This document shows positions 1 through 9,324 of a stretch of DNA of 64,000 bases, in pieces. Both the position numbers and the translations under genes were made by a program. Within the stretch, counting starts at the first letter, position 1. Each line of letters begins with the position of its first letter. Origin of the DNA: an uncultured Gemmatimonadales bacterium (GTDB lineage Bacteria > Gemmatimonadota > Gemmatimonadetes > Gemmatimonadales > GWC2-71-9); contig CAWJMT010000005.1 of NCBI GenBank assembly GCA_963844035.1, forward strand, positions 1 to 64,000, in the 5' to 3' direction. The notes below the pieces were generated by a model, which saw only the letters and a list, made by a program, of their open reading frames with translations, was not told the DNA's origin and did no database searches.

Positions 1-487
<487 letters not shown>

Positions 488-835
488 CCAGCGTGGCGAG
501 TTGACGGGCACGTCCACGCGGCGCATCGGGGCGGGGCTGGTGTTCGAGCGGCGTATGGGGGCTACTGGGGGTGGCGGAGCCGAGTTGGACGAAGGCACTG
601 AAGGAGCGAAGTTCTAGTTTGCCGTGGAGCGGGCGGTGTTCCTGACGGTGCTGCACCGGCTGCTGGTGTCGGCGGGGGGCGAAGCGACCGAGCGGCGGAG
701 ACAGTGGCGCGAGGACTACGTGCTGGAGGGCTGCGAGGGGCTGGGACTGCACCACCTCTACCGGGCGATGGGTTGGTTGGGGGAGGAACTGGAGGAAACG
801 GACCAGGAGGGACGCACCCCGTTTGCCCCGCGGCC
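488..835 (+). mobile_element. Degenerate transposase fragment, IS1634-like
   Basis: Translates to STRRIGAGLVFER...FAVERAVFLTVLHRL...WREDY..EG..L.LHHLYRAMGWLGEEL...GRTPFAPR, as recalled for IS1634 transposases. In-frame TAG at 615-617; truncated at both ends. Confidence 0.7.
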
Positions 836-2196
836 GCGGTGTTCACCTGCGCGCTCAAATACGCCGCCGGGCTCGCGCCGACAAATTCGGTGGCCGAGCG
901 GGTGGCGACCCCCAGGTCTATGCCCCGGCGGGGACCTATAATTGGGGTGGGACGCCGGTCAAATGGAATGCGCGGGTGAACCTGGTCGGGGACGGACCGA
1001 ACAGCACCATCTTTCTCTACACAGGCCGGCAGGGCACGGCGCCTTCCCTGGAGATCCCGGAGCAGGCGAGTGGCAATCCCTATCCCGTGCTGTTCAAGGG
1101 ATGGACGCTACACGGCCCCGGCGTCATGAACGCCGGCAACGCCGATACGGGGCTCGCGGTCGCGGGGCTCCTGATTCACCTCGAGGATGTCCATTTCAGG
1201 GGGTTTACGCTCGGGACCCTGTTTACCCTCGCGGTCAATCCCACCGGATTCATCACCTTCGAGCGCCCCTATTGGCAGTTCAACACGCAGGCGATTCTCC
1301 TTCCCTCCCTGCACGGCGACTTGTGGATCGAGCAGCTCCGCTTTGAAAATGCCAAGGTCATCAACTGCGGGACCACTGCCGGGTGTGCGACCTTCGGGCA
1401 ACCCACCAGCAGCGGCAACACCGACATCTATTGCGACGCCTGCTCGTTCGATGGTGGCCAGCTGCGCATGGACCGGATCAACGTCACCTGTGCCGGATGT
1501 CACTTTGAGAGCGTTGACCCGTACCCCGGCGTCCCGCTGGTGAGCGTGGGGTCGGGCAAGTTCAACTGGTTCGGGGGCTTCCTGCTGGTGGGCGCCAACG
1601 GGGCATCCGCGGGGATCTTTCTCTCGGACTCGAACGACGCGACTCACTCCTTCGCGAACATCGTCGGCGTCAACGCGTACAAAGCGGGTCAAGCGATCCC
1701 GTTTGTCCAACTCGCACCGAAGACGTCGATCAGCTTGAGCATCACAGGCGTCCAGGTACGAGGATCGGGCTTTCAAACGCTGGTGGGCGGGTACCAGTCC
1801 GGCACGCCGAACGCCGCAGTGAGCCCCACACCGTACCTGTCGGTCCTGGGCCAGAGCCCCACGGGGACCGTCTCGCGCCAGTCGCGGAGCGTTCGCGTGA
1901 TTCCTTACAGCACCAACATGACGCTCGATTGTTCGCTGGGGGAGGTATTCACCGTCACCGCCACGAATGGGAAGCCGTTCGCGATCACCGCGATCAACCA
2001 GTATCCGGGGGAGCTCGTTGTCCTCGACGTGTTCAACAAGTCCGGCGGGTCCCTCGGCCCAGTGACGTTCGGGTCCGGGTTCAAGGCGGGCAGTTTCGCG
2101 CTTCCTGGACCGGGGGCCCATCGGGCGATCACGTTCCTGTCGGACGGCACCAACCTCCGCGAGATCGCGCAAACGTCGGGGGATGTGCCGGACTGA
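835..2196 (+). CDS. Right-handed beta-helix (pectate-lyase-3/tailspike-like) protein, N-terminally truncated, frameshift near 910
   Basis: VYAPAGTY...VNLVGDGPNSTIF cap motif followed by beta-helix-like repeats. Confidence 0.6.
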   Translation, partial: RGVHLRAQIRRRARADKFGGRAGGDPQVYAPAGTYNWGGTPVKWNARVNLVGDGPNSTIFLYTGRQGTAPSLEIPEQASGNPYPVLFKGWTLHGPGVMNAGNADTGLAVAGLLIHLEDVHFRGFTLGTLFTLAVNPTGFITFERPYWQFNTQAILLPSLHGDLWIEQLRFENAKVINCGTTAGCATFGQPTSSGNTDIYCDACSFDGGQLRMDRINVTCAGCHFESVDPYPGVPLVSVGSGKFNWFGGFLLVGANGASAGIFLSDSNDATHSFANIVGVNAYKAGQAIPFVQLAPKTSISLSITGVQVRGSGFQTLVGGYQSGTPNAAVSPTPYLSVLGQSPTGTVSRQSRSVRVIPYSTNMTLDCSLGEVFTVTATNGKPFAITAINQYPGELVVLDVFNKSGGSLGPVTFGSGFKAGSFALPGPGAHRAITFLSDGTNLREIAQTSGDVPD

Positions 2197-2253
2197 GTCG
2201 CCGCCAGCCACTGCGCTGTGGCGCCGTCACGGCGAAAGTATTAGCGTCGGGCG

Positions 2254-3139
2254 CATGCGCATCCGCGTGCTGCGAAGTGCATCGTCCTAGGCGCGGGAGT
2301 CATCGCTGCCGCGTGTGGAGGCTCCGACGCCCCCGGGGCAGATGGCCGTCGCCGTGCCCCAGCACGGCCGGGTGTTCGTGCTGGTCGAAGAGAACCGGGA
2401 TTACGCCGCCGTCGTTGGGGCGATGCCCTACCTCGACACCCTGATCGCCCGCTACGGCCTCGCGACCCAGTACTACGCCAACACCCATCCGTCGATCGGG
2501 AACTACTTCATGATGACGGTCGGCGCGATCGTCACGAACAACAGCTCCTACGCGGACACGATTCGGGACGACAACATCGTGCGGCGCCTGCTCGCGGCCG
2601 GCAAGACGTGGAAGTCCTACGCCGAGGAGATTCCTTCGGTGGGCTACACGGGCGGGAACGTGGGACAGTACGTCCGCCGTCACAACCCCTTGTCCTACCT
2701 TTCCGACGTGACGGACGACCCGGCCCAGAAGCAGCGCCTCGTCCCGTTCACGCAATTCGCCGCGGACCTCGCGGGCGACACGCTCCCCAACTACTCATTT
2801 CTCGTCCCGAACCTCTGCCACGACGCGCACGACTGCTCGCTCGACTCGGCCGACACGTGGCTGCGCACCAACATCAAGCCGTTGATCGAGAGCGCGCGGT
2901 TCCAGCAGGACGGGATGCTGGTCATCGTGTTCGACGAGGCGAGCACAGCGGATGCGATGTACGGCGGGGGCCGGGTCGTGTGGGTGGTGGTGAGTCCGAA
3001 AGCGAAGCGTGGCTATCAGTCGGCCACCCTGTACCAGCACGAGAGCACGCTCAAGCTGACGGCGCAGGCGCTCGGCCTGACCGCCTTTCCGGGAGCCGCG
3101 GGTGCCGCGGCCGCGATGGGAGAGTTTTTCGTGCCCTGA
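2254..3139 (+). CDS. Phosphoesterase family (acid phosphatase/phospholipase C-like) protein, probably exported; start approximate
   Basis: VFVLVEENR, THPSIGNY, YVRRHNP, PNLCHDAHD, IVFDE and HES motifs. Confidence 0.85.
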
Positions 3140-3221
3140 TGCGACCGGAGGGACTCGAACCCCCACAGGTTGCCCCACAGGATCCTAAGTCCTGCGCGTC
3201 TACCAGTTCCGCCACGGTCGC
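3140..3221 (-). tRNA. tRNA-Leu (TAG)
   Basis: Reverse complement GCGACCGTGGCGGAACTGGTAGACGCGCAGGACTTAGGATCCTGTGGGGCAACCTGTGGGGGTTCGAGTCCCTCCGGTCGCA: cloverleaf with long variable arm and TAG anticodon; CCA not encoded. Confidence 0.97.
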
Positions 3222-3253
3222 GTGGTGTCCTGCACCAAGTTAGCGTCGGGCGG

Positions 3254-4591
3254 CTACCACTGGAATTGCATGTTCACGTTCCAATAGTTCCCGGCCCGCC
3301 AGTTCTGGTCCAGCCTGGCGCTCTGGACTCTCGCCCCTTCGATGTAAAAGGCGAAGTTTTGCAGGGGCGAGTACACGAGCCTCAGCGCAAATCCGGGATC
3401 CAGTGGGATCGGGTGCGTGACTTGGCTCGCGTCGATGAAGTCCCACTTGCGATACTGGTAGAGGTAGAGATCGATACCGTACGTGCGCTGGAAGGAGTAG
3501 CGCAGATTGGTGCCAATTGCCCGCATGCGGGCGGACGCACCGTCCGTGTAATCGTCGTTCTCCACCGACAGGTTCAACGTCCCGACGAAACCGTGAGGCC
3601 CACGGCCGCTGAACCCGTAACCAACGCTGTACATCATCCGCAGAGCACCAGTCGTGGACCCTGACGGGTATCCCGCCCCGCCCCTGGACAGCGCCGCCAC
3701 GCCCGGCACCCCGGCCACGATCGACGTCATGTCGTTGCCAGCTTTGAGCATCCAACCGAGGAGCAGCCATCCCGCATCGCTATTCAGCGGGAAGATCCCG
3801 CCTTCCACGCGGAAATTGAAGCGCTCGAGATCCTGATTGTCATCGCCCGGCTCCAAACTGACCTTCACGCCGAAACGGTCCGCGAGGAAGGCGTGGACGC
3901 CGTAGAGCGCGTACGTGGGCCCTCCGCTCTCGGTCCCGGGGTTGTAGTGCTTGTGGTTCGGGGCGGCGGCCGGAGTCATTCCCATGAAGCTGTGAATGCG
4001 CCCGGCCTCGACCAGGCTTCCACCAACGCCGAAGATGTTGCCGTTGACCTGGGTGGTGAATTGCGCGGCGAGGTTGCTCAAGCCCCAGTAGCCGTTGTCA
4101 CCTGCGCACGTGCTTCCTGTACTCGGGACGACAGCCAAGTCTTTACCGCCGTACACGCAGAAGTTGCTCCAAATGCCCACGTGCTCCCCGATCGGACCGG
4201 CAACGTAGACGTCGATGGTTGCGTTGAGGTCCTTCGTCACCGGATTGGCCGTCGGTTCTGGCAGCATGGGGTCGCTGGCCGCCTTAGTCCCTTGGGCGAG
4301 GGTGCTCCGGCCGCGCACCGAGAGCATGCGTACGAGCGTCTGCTCCAGGTGTGCGCGGCCGATCGCGCCCTCCGTGCCAGCTCCGACCGTCTCAGAAAGC
4401 CGCGGCGAGCGGTACCCGTTGAGGCGGAATTTCATTCCGGTGAACGTCATATCGGCGGCGCTGGTCCCACTCACGTGGCACTGGTTGCAAACCAACCCGG
4501 TTTGCCGAACGAAGGCTGGTACGCGCGCGTCGGCGACCCGCGCTACGATTCCCAGCGCGAACAGCGGTGCGGCAATGCGCAACGGCGGCAT
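3254..4591 (-). CDS. Cyc2-like fused monoheme cytochrome c / outer-membrane beta-barrel
   Basis: Signal peptide, then PAFVRQTGLVCNQCH...TFTGMKFRLNGY, amphipathic beta strands and a C-terminal FQW. Confidence 0.75.
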   Translation of the reverse strand: MPPLRIAAPLFALGIVARVADARVPAFVRQTGLVCNQCHVSGTSAADMTFTGMKFRLNGYRSPRLSETVGAGTEGAIGRAHLEQTLVRMLSVRGRSTLAQGTKAASDPMLPEPTANPVTKDLNATIDVYVAGPIGEHVGIWSNFCVYGGKDLAVVPSTGSTCAGDNGYWGLSNLAAQFTTQVNGNIFGVGGSLVEAGRIHSFMGMTPAAAPNHKHYNPGTESGGPTYALYGVHAFLADRFGVKVSLEPGDDNQDLERFNFRVEGGIFPLNSDAGWLLLGWMLKAGNDMTSIVAGVPGVAALSRGGAGYPSGSTTGALRMMYSVGYGFSGRGPHGFVGTLNLSVENDDYTDGASARMRAIGTNLRYSFQRTYGIDLYLYQYRKWDFIDASQVTHPIPLDPGFALRLVYSPLQNFAFYIEGARVQSARLDQNWRAGNYWNVNMQFQW

Positions 4592-4680
4592 ATGGGGACC
4601 AGCTACGATTCTACGTGGTACGGGTCAAGGCGCTAGATGTGGCGCGCACGCCACAGACAAACGGGTAGTGTCTGCTACTG

Positions 4681-4766
4681 GAGCCTTGAGTCTCGCTTGA
4701 CGTGCCCTCCCTAGAGTGCCCGTGCACACAATACGGGAGCAGGGATGTCTGGTCACGCGATGAGCC
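4681..4766 (+). repeat. Imperfect direct repeat, copy 1 (TTGACG, dyad, RBS, first 7 codons)
   Basis: Aligns with 5940-6027: GAG.CTTGAG...CGCTTGACG..CCC..TAG.GTG.CCGTGCAC......CGGGAGCA...ATGT.TGGTCACGCGA.GAGCC. Confidence 0.85.
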
Positions 4767-5959
4767 TTTCCGACCGTCGGCATCACCCCACGCAGGCCGC
4801 GCTGATAGCGCTGTTCGTCACGGCGTTTGTGGACACGGTGGGCATGGCGATGATCATCCCACTGCTGCCGTACTACGCCACGAACCTCGGCGCCAACGCC
4901 ACCGCCGTCGGCGTGCTCATCTCGACATTTGCCGTCGCCCAGCTAGTCTCAGCACCACTGTGGGGTCGCCTCTCCGATCGCGTCGGACGGCGGCCGGCGA
5001 TCATCGCCGGACTGCTGCTGTCGGCCGTCGCATATCTCGTCTTCGCCGCCGCGGATTCGCTGGTCCTGCTGCTCGCGTCCCGAATCATTCAGGGCGTGGG
5101 CGGTGGCACGATTGGGGTCGTACAGGCCTACGCGACCGACCTGAGCCCCCCGGAATCGCGCACCAAGACCCTCGGCTGGCTCTCAGCCACTACCAGCGCC
5201 AGCGCGGTGCTCGGCCCGGTGCTCGGATCAGCGATGATCGCGTACGGCGGGCCGGCAGCACCGGGAATCGGCGCCGCGGCCTTCGCATTCCTGGCGGCCT
5301 TATTCGCCTCGCGCTACCTGCGCGAGATGGTGCACGCTGATCGCCCGCATGCTTCACCGGGCGGCTCGGACGGCGGCCGGCGTGCGATCTGGCGAGTGCT
5401 GGTCCCGTGGAAGGATCCGGCGTCGCGACTCATCTGGGTCTACGCCGTCGGGGTAGGGGCGTTCTACGGGACCGCTCCGGCCATGCCGCTCTTGTTCGAC
5501 CAACGGTTCGGAATCACCGCGCGGACCGTGGGCTACCTGGTGATGTACGTCGGCGCCATGGGGTTTCTGGTGCGGATCGTCCTGCTCGGGCGCGTCGTGG
5601 GGCGCTTGGGTGAGCCCGCGGTGACGCGGTGGGGACTCGTTGCGCTCGCGGCAGGGCTCGCGGTGCTGGCCGTCGCCCATTCGATTCCGTGGCTCTTTGT
5701 TTCCCTGACGCTCATGCCCCTGGGCACCGCACTGTTGTTCCCCTGCATCACGAGCCTGCTGTCCGAGGTGGTTGCTCCGACCGAGCGCGGCCTCTACCTG
5801 GGCGTGCAGCAAACCTTTGGCAGCGCGGCGCGGGTGGTGTTTCCCATCGGCGCCGGCCTCCTGATGGATCGGCTCGGCCTCGGGGCCGCGTTCTGGGCTG
5901 CGTGTGCCCTGGTCTTGGTGACCCTTCCCCTCACTCGGAGAGTCTTGAGATCCGCTTGA
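4745..5959 (+). CDS. MFS transporter (TetA/DHA1-like)
   Basis: About 12 hydrophobic segments; motif A GRLSDRVGRRP. Confidence 0.92.
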   Translation: MSGHAMSLSDRRHHPTQAALIALFVTAFVDTVGMAMIIPLLPYYATNLGANATAVGVLISTFAVAQLVSAPLWGRLSDRVGRRPAIIAGLLLSAVAYLVFAAADSLVLLLASRIIQGVGGGTIGVVQAYATDLSPPESRTKTLGWLSATTSASAVLGPVLGSAMIAYGGPAAPGIGAAAFAFLAALFASRYLREMVHADRPHASPGGSDGGRRAIWRVLVPWKDPASRLIWVYAVGVGAFYGTAPAMPLLFDQRFGITARTVGYLVMYVGAMGFLVRIVLLGRVVGRLGEPAVTRWGLVALAAGLAVLAVAHSIPWLFVSLTLMPLGTALLFPCITSLLSEVVAPTERGLYLGVQQTFGSAARVVFPIGAGLLMDRLGLGAAFWAACALVLVTLPLTRRVLRSA

Positions 5960-6027
5960 CGGGGCCCCCGTAGCGTGACCGTGCACTCCAACCGGGAGCA
6001 CAACGATGTATGGTCACGCGACGAGCC
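5940..6027 (+). repeat. Imperfect direct repeat, copy 2
   Basis: Homologous to 4681-4766; its TTGAC contains the MFS stop codon. Confidence 0.85.
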
Positions 6028-6611
6028 CCCTTGGCATTGCGACCGCGCTCACGACAGGAGCGACGGTCGATGAGTCCGAGTATCAACCCTTCCCAAACGA
6101 GAGCGGCCGCAACTGGAGACAGGAGCGGTTGGAAGTCCCCATGATGCTCGCCGTGCTCCAGTTGCCACTCGGCGCGCGGGTTCTCGAGGTCGGCTGCGGC
6201 CGCGGGATCGCGCTTCCCGTGTTCGACCGCCTGCTCGCGCCGGTGCGGCTGGTGGGGCTCGACATCGATCCCGTCCTGCTGGACGAGGCAGCACGGCGCC
6301 TGGAGCAAACTGGCACGCCGGCCGAGCTGATACCCGGCGACGTGCGGGACCTGCCGTTCCCCGATGCAGCGTTCGATGTGGTGATCGATTTCGGCACCTG
6401 TTTCCACGTCGGCCGTCCCGGAGACGCGCTGCGCGAGATCGCCCGGGTGCTGGCACCGGGCGGCATTTTTGCGACCGAAACGAAGCTCAGCCAATGGCTC
6501 GCCCATCCGGTACGCTCGAAGCGCCGCCATCTCCCCTGGGCTGCCTCGGCGGAGCTGGCGCCACTCAGGCGCACACTGCTGTGGCAGAGCCGCTGCCGGC
6601 GCGCCCAGTGA
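6006..6611 (+). CDS. Class I SAM-dependent methyltransferase
   Basis: VLEVGCGRG, GLDID, LPFPDAAFDVV, RVLAPGG. Confidence 0.92.
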   Translation: MYGHATSPLGIATALTTGATVDESEYQPFPNESGRNWRQERLEVPMMLAVLQLPLGARVLEVGCGRGIALPVFDRLLAPVRLVGLDIDPVLLDEAARRLEQTGTPAELIPGDVRDLPFPDAAFDVVIDFGTCFHVGRPGDALREIARVLAPGGIFATETKLSQWLAHPVRSKRRHLPWAASAELAPLRRTLLWQSRCRRAQ

Positions 6612-7942
6612 GCGACGCCGCCCTCCGCAGCTGGCCCCTCGTTGGGCACCTTGTCGCGTTCCGCAGGGATGCGCCGGGATTCCTATTGCGCCTGGCGCGC
6701 GAGCAGGGCGACGTGGCCCGGTTTCGCCTCGGTCGTCAGGACGCATTCCTGCTGTCGCATCCCGACATGGTGCGGCGCGTGCTGGTAGACTGCGCGGATC
6801 GCTTTGTGAAAGGCCGCCTGGTGCAGCGGGGGCGCCGCCTGCTAGGCGACGGATTGCTCACCAGCGAGGGGGAATTGCACCACGTGCAGCGGCGGCGCAT
6901 CCAGCCGGTGTTCACCCGGGACCGGCTCCAAGGCTACGCCGCGGTGGTGGCGCCGCTCGCCCAGTCGGTGGCGGCCGGCTGGAGGCACGGCACCGCAGTG
7001 CGCGTCGACGCCGAGATGGACGCCCTCGCCATGCGCATCGTGGCCTGCGCACTGCTCGGTGCCGACATCGAGCACGAGGTGCCCGAGCTGCACGGCGCCC
7101 TGCAACGCCTGGCGCACTGGGCACCGCTGCTCGCCGCTCCGGGAGGGAAGGTCTTCGAGCGTCTCCGGCTGCCGATCGTCGGACGTTTGGGCGATGCGAT
7201 CGAGGTTGTTGAGCGGGTCATCGATCAACGGATCGCGGCAGGGGGTGCTAGCGCGCCCCTGCTCAGCGCTTTGATCCAGACCCAAGCCGACGGAGCGGCC
7301 ATGTCTGCCCGGCTCGTTCGCGACGAGGTGATGACCATTTTTCTCGCCGGTCACGACACCACAGCCGCGGTCCTGACATGGACGTGGTTGCTGCTTGGCG
7401 CTCATCCGGAAGTCGCGCAACGGCTCCACGACGAGGTCACCGTCGTTCTGGGCAACCGCACTCCGGAGCCGGCCGACGCGGCCCGCCTTGTGTATACAGA
7501 TATGGTCATTCGGGAGGTGCTGCGACTCTATCCACCAATTGGGCGCATCGGGCGCCGGCCGGTGGACGATATTGATCTCGGTCCCGTGGTGTTGCCGCGC
7601 GATGCGCCCGTCTTCGTCAGCCCGTTCGTCACGCAGCGAGACCAGAGATGGTTTGACCGGCCCGATGAGTTCGTGCCCGAGCGTTGGGCTGACGCGGCGG
7701 CGCAGCGCCCACGGTTCGCGTGGTTTCCCTTCGGGGCGGGGCCTCGCTCGTGTATCGGCGAACACTTTGGACGGCTGGTACTCGTGCTAGCGGTCGCGAC
7801 CCTCGCGGCGCAGTGGCGCCTCATCCCGACCCGGCCGGGTCTCCCGGGGATGCGGTCGCTGCTCACGCTCAAGCCACGAGGACCCGTGTGGATGGTGGCA
7901 CAGCGTCGGACGCCCGCAGCGGACGCGCTCCCGCTCTGGTAG
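6608..7942 (+). CDS. Cytochrome P450
   Basis: AGHDTT I-helix, EVLR, PERW and FGAGPRSCIG heme motif; GTG start overlaps the upstream stop. Confidence 0.95.
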   Translation: MSDAALRSWPLVGHLVAFRRDAPGFLLRLAREQGDVARFRLGRQDAFLLSHPDMVRRVLVDCADRFVKGRLVQRGRRLLGDGLLTSEGELHHVQRRRIQPVFTRDRLQGYAAVVAPLAQSVAAGWRHGTAVRVDAEMDALAMRIVACALLGADIEHEVPELHGALQRLAHWAPLLAAPGGKVFERLRLPIVGRLGDAIEVVERVIDQRIAAGGASAPLLSALIQTQADGAAMSARLVRDEVMTIFLAGHDTTAAVLTWTWLLLGAHPEVAQRLHDEVTVVLGNRTPEPADAARLVYTDMVIREVLRLYPPIGRIGRRPVDDIDLGPVVLPRDAPVFVSPFVTQRDQRWFDRPDEFVPERWADAAAQRPRFAWFPFGAGPRSCIGEHFGRLVLVLAVATLAAQWRLIPTRPGLPGMRSLLTLKPRGPVWMVAQRRTPAADALPLW

Positions 7943-8000
7943 CTTTCTTCCGCTCGCAGCAGCTTACCCGCTGGCAACATTTCGTCACGTCGAGGGTCTC

Positions 8001-8444
8001 GTGCAGCAGGCACCCGGCATCGCCGCCGTCGCGCACGCCATTCAGCTTTCGGTGGCGCCCGTCTTCCTCCTCTCGGGGGTCGCGGCCATCCTCGCCGTGA
8101 TGACCAGCCGCCTGGCGCGGATCATCGATCGCGCCCGGGTGCTGGAATCGCAGCTGGGCGGCGTCGCGCCTGAGACGATCGCACGCCTGCACAACGAGCT
8201 GGCCACGCTGTCGCGCCGCGCCAAACTCATCCATCGCTCGATCACATTGTGCACCATCACGGCGCTACTGATATGCGCCGTCATCGTCACGGCGTTCTTG
8301 GGCGTCGTGTTCTTGCGCGCCGACCTCTCGATGCTAATGGCCGTCCTCTTTGTCGCAGGGATGCTCACGTTCTTCAGCGGCCTGGTGTTCTTCCTGCGCG
8401 AGATCTTCATCGCGACCGCCAACTTGCGCATCGGTCCGCACTAG
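8001..8444 (+). CDS. DUF2721-like small membrane protein
   Basis: AIQLSVAPVFLLSG...RLARIIDRAR; three TM segments. Confidence 0.75.
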   Translation: MQQAPGIAAVAHAIQLSVAPVFLLSGVAAILAVMTSRLARIIDRARVLESQLGGVAPETIARLHNELATLSRRAKLIHRSITLCTITALLICAVIVTAFLGVVFLRADLSMLMAVLFVAGMLTFFSGLVFFLREIFIATANLRIGPH

Positions 8445-9244
8445 CCGCCCCGCCGGATCAGTAGCGTCTCCGTCACGAACGTCCTCCCTTTCAGCGTGGC
8501 TTCGTCGTCGTAGGCGCCCTTCTTGGAGCGCTTCGGCAGCTCGATCTTCTCCCGCTTCACTTCTTTGTAGGGAATCAGCTTCAACAGATGCGCGATGCAG
8601 TTCAGGCGCGCGCGCTTCTTGTCCTCGGAGCGCAGGATGTACCACGGGGCGATCTTTGTGTCCGTGGCGTCGAGCATCATGTCCCGGGCGCGCGAGTATT
8701 CGAACCAGCGCTCGCGCGACGGCAGGTCCATCGGGCTCAGCTTCCACTGCCGCAGCGGGTCCTCGATGCGCGCCTCGAACCGGCGCTTCTGCTCTTCGTC
8801 ACTCGCCTCGAGCCAGATCTTGATCAGCTGGATGCCGCCGTCCACGATGAACTTCTCGACCTCGGGACACAGCTCGAGGAAGCGCTCGTGCTCCTCCTTG
8901 CTGCAGAACCCCATGACGTACTCCACCCCGGCGCGGTTGTACCAGCTGCGGTCGAAGATCACGATCTCGCCCGCCGCGGGAAAATGCTGGAGGTAGCGCT
9001 GCATGTAGATCTGCGACTTCTCGCGGTCCGAGGGCGCCGGCAGCGCGACCACGCGGAACACCCGGGGACTCACGCGCTCGGTGATCGCGCGGATCGTGCC
9101 GCCCTTGCCGGCGGCGTCCCGGCCCTCGAACACGATCACCACGCGCAAGCCCTTGTGCTTCACCCATTCCTGGAGCTTGCACAGCTCGGCCTGCAGCTCG
9201 CGCAGCTCTGCTTCGTATTCCTTCCCCTTCATCTTCTCTTTCAT
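8441..9244 (-). CDS. ppk2: Polyphosphate kinase 2
   Basis: FEGRDAAGKGG, FDRSWYNRAG, WKLSPMD. Confidence 0.95.
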   Translation of the reverse strand: MKEKMKGKEYEAELRELQAELCKLQEWVKHKGLRVVIVFEGRDAAGKGGTIRAITERVSPRVFRVVALPAPSDREKSQIYMQRYLQHFPAAGEIVIFDRSWYNRAGVEYVMGFCSKEEHERFLELCPEVEKFIVDGGIQLIKIWLEASDEEQKRRFEARIEDPLRQWKLSPMDLPSRERWFEYSRARDMMLDATDTKIAPWYILRSEDKKRARLNCIAHLLKLIPYKEVKREKIELPKRSKKGAYDDEATLKGRTFVTETLLIRRGG

Positions 9245-9324
9245 GTCGTGCTCCTGTTGAAGACGGTGTGACTCGCTCCGCTGTCTGGACAGGCATCCCA
9301 CCCAGACGTACTATGGCCGGGCGC

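Noticed and set aside
4702..4721. CIRCE element (GCCCTC...GAGTGC)
   Set aside because: The spacer is 4 bp instead of 9, and the TTA/TAA flanks are missing.
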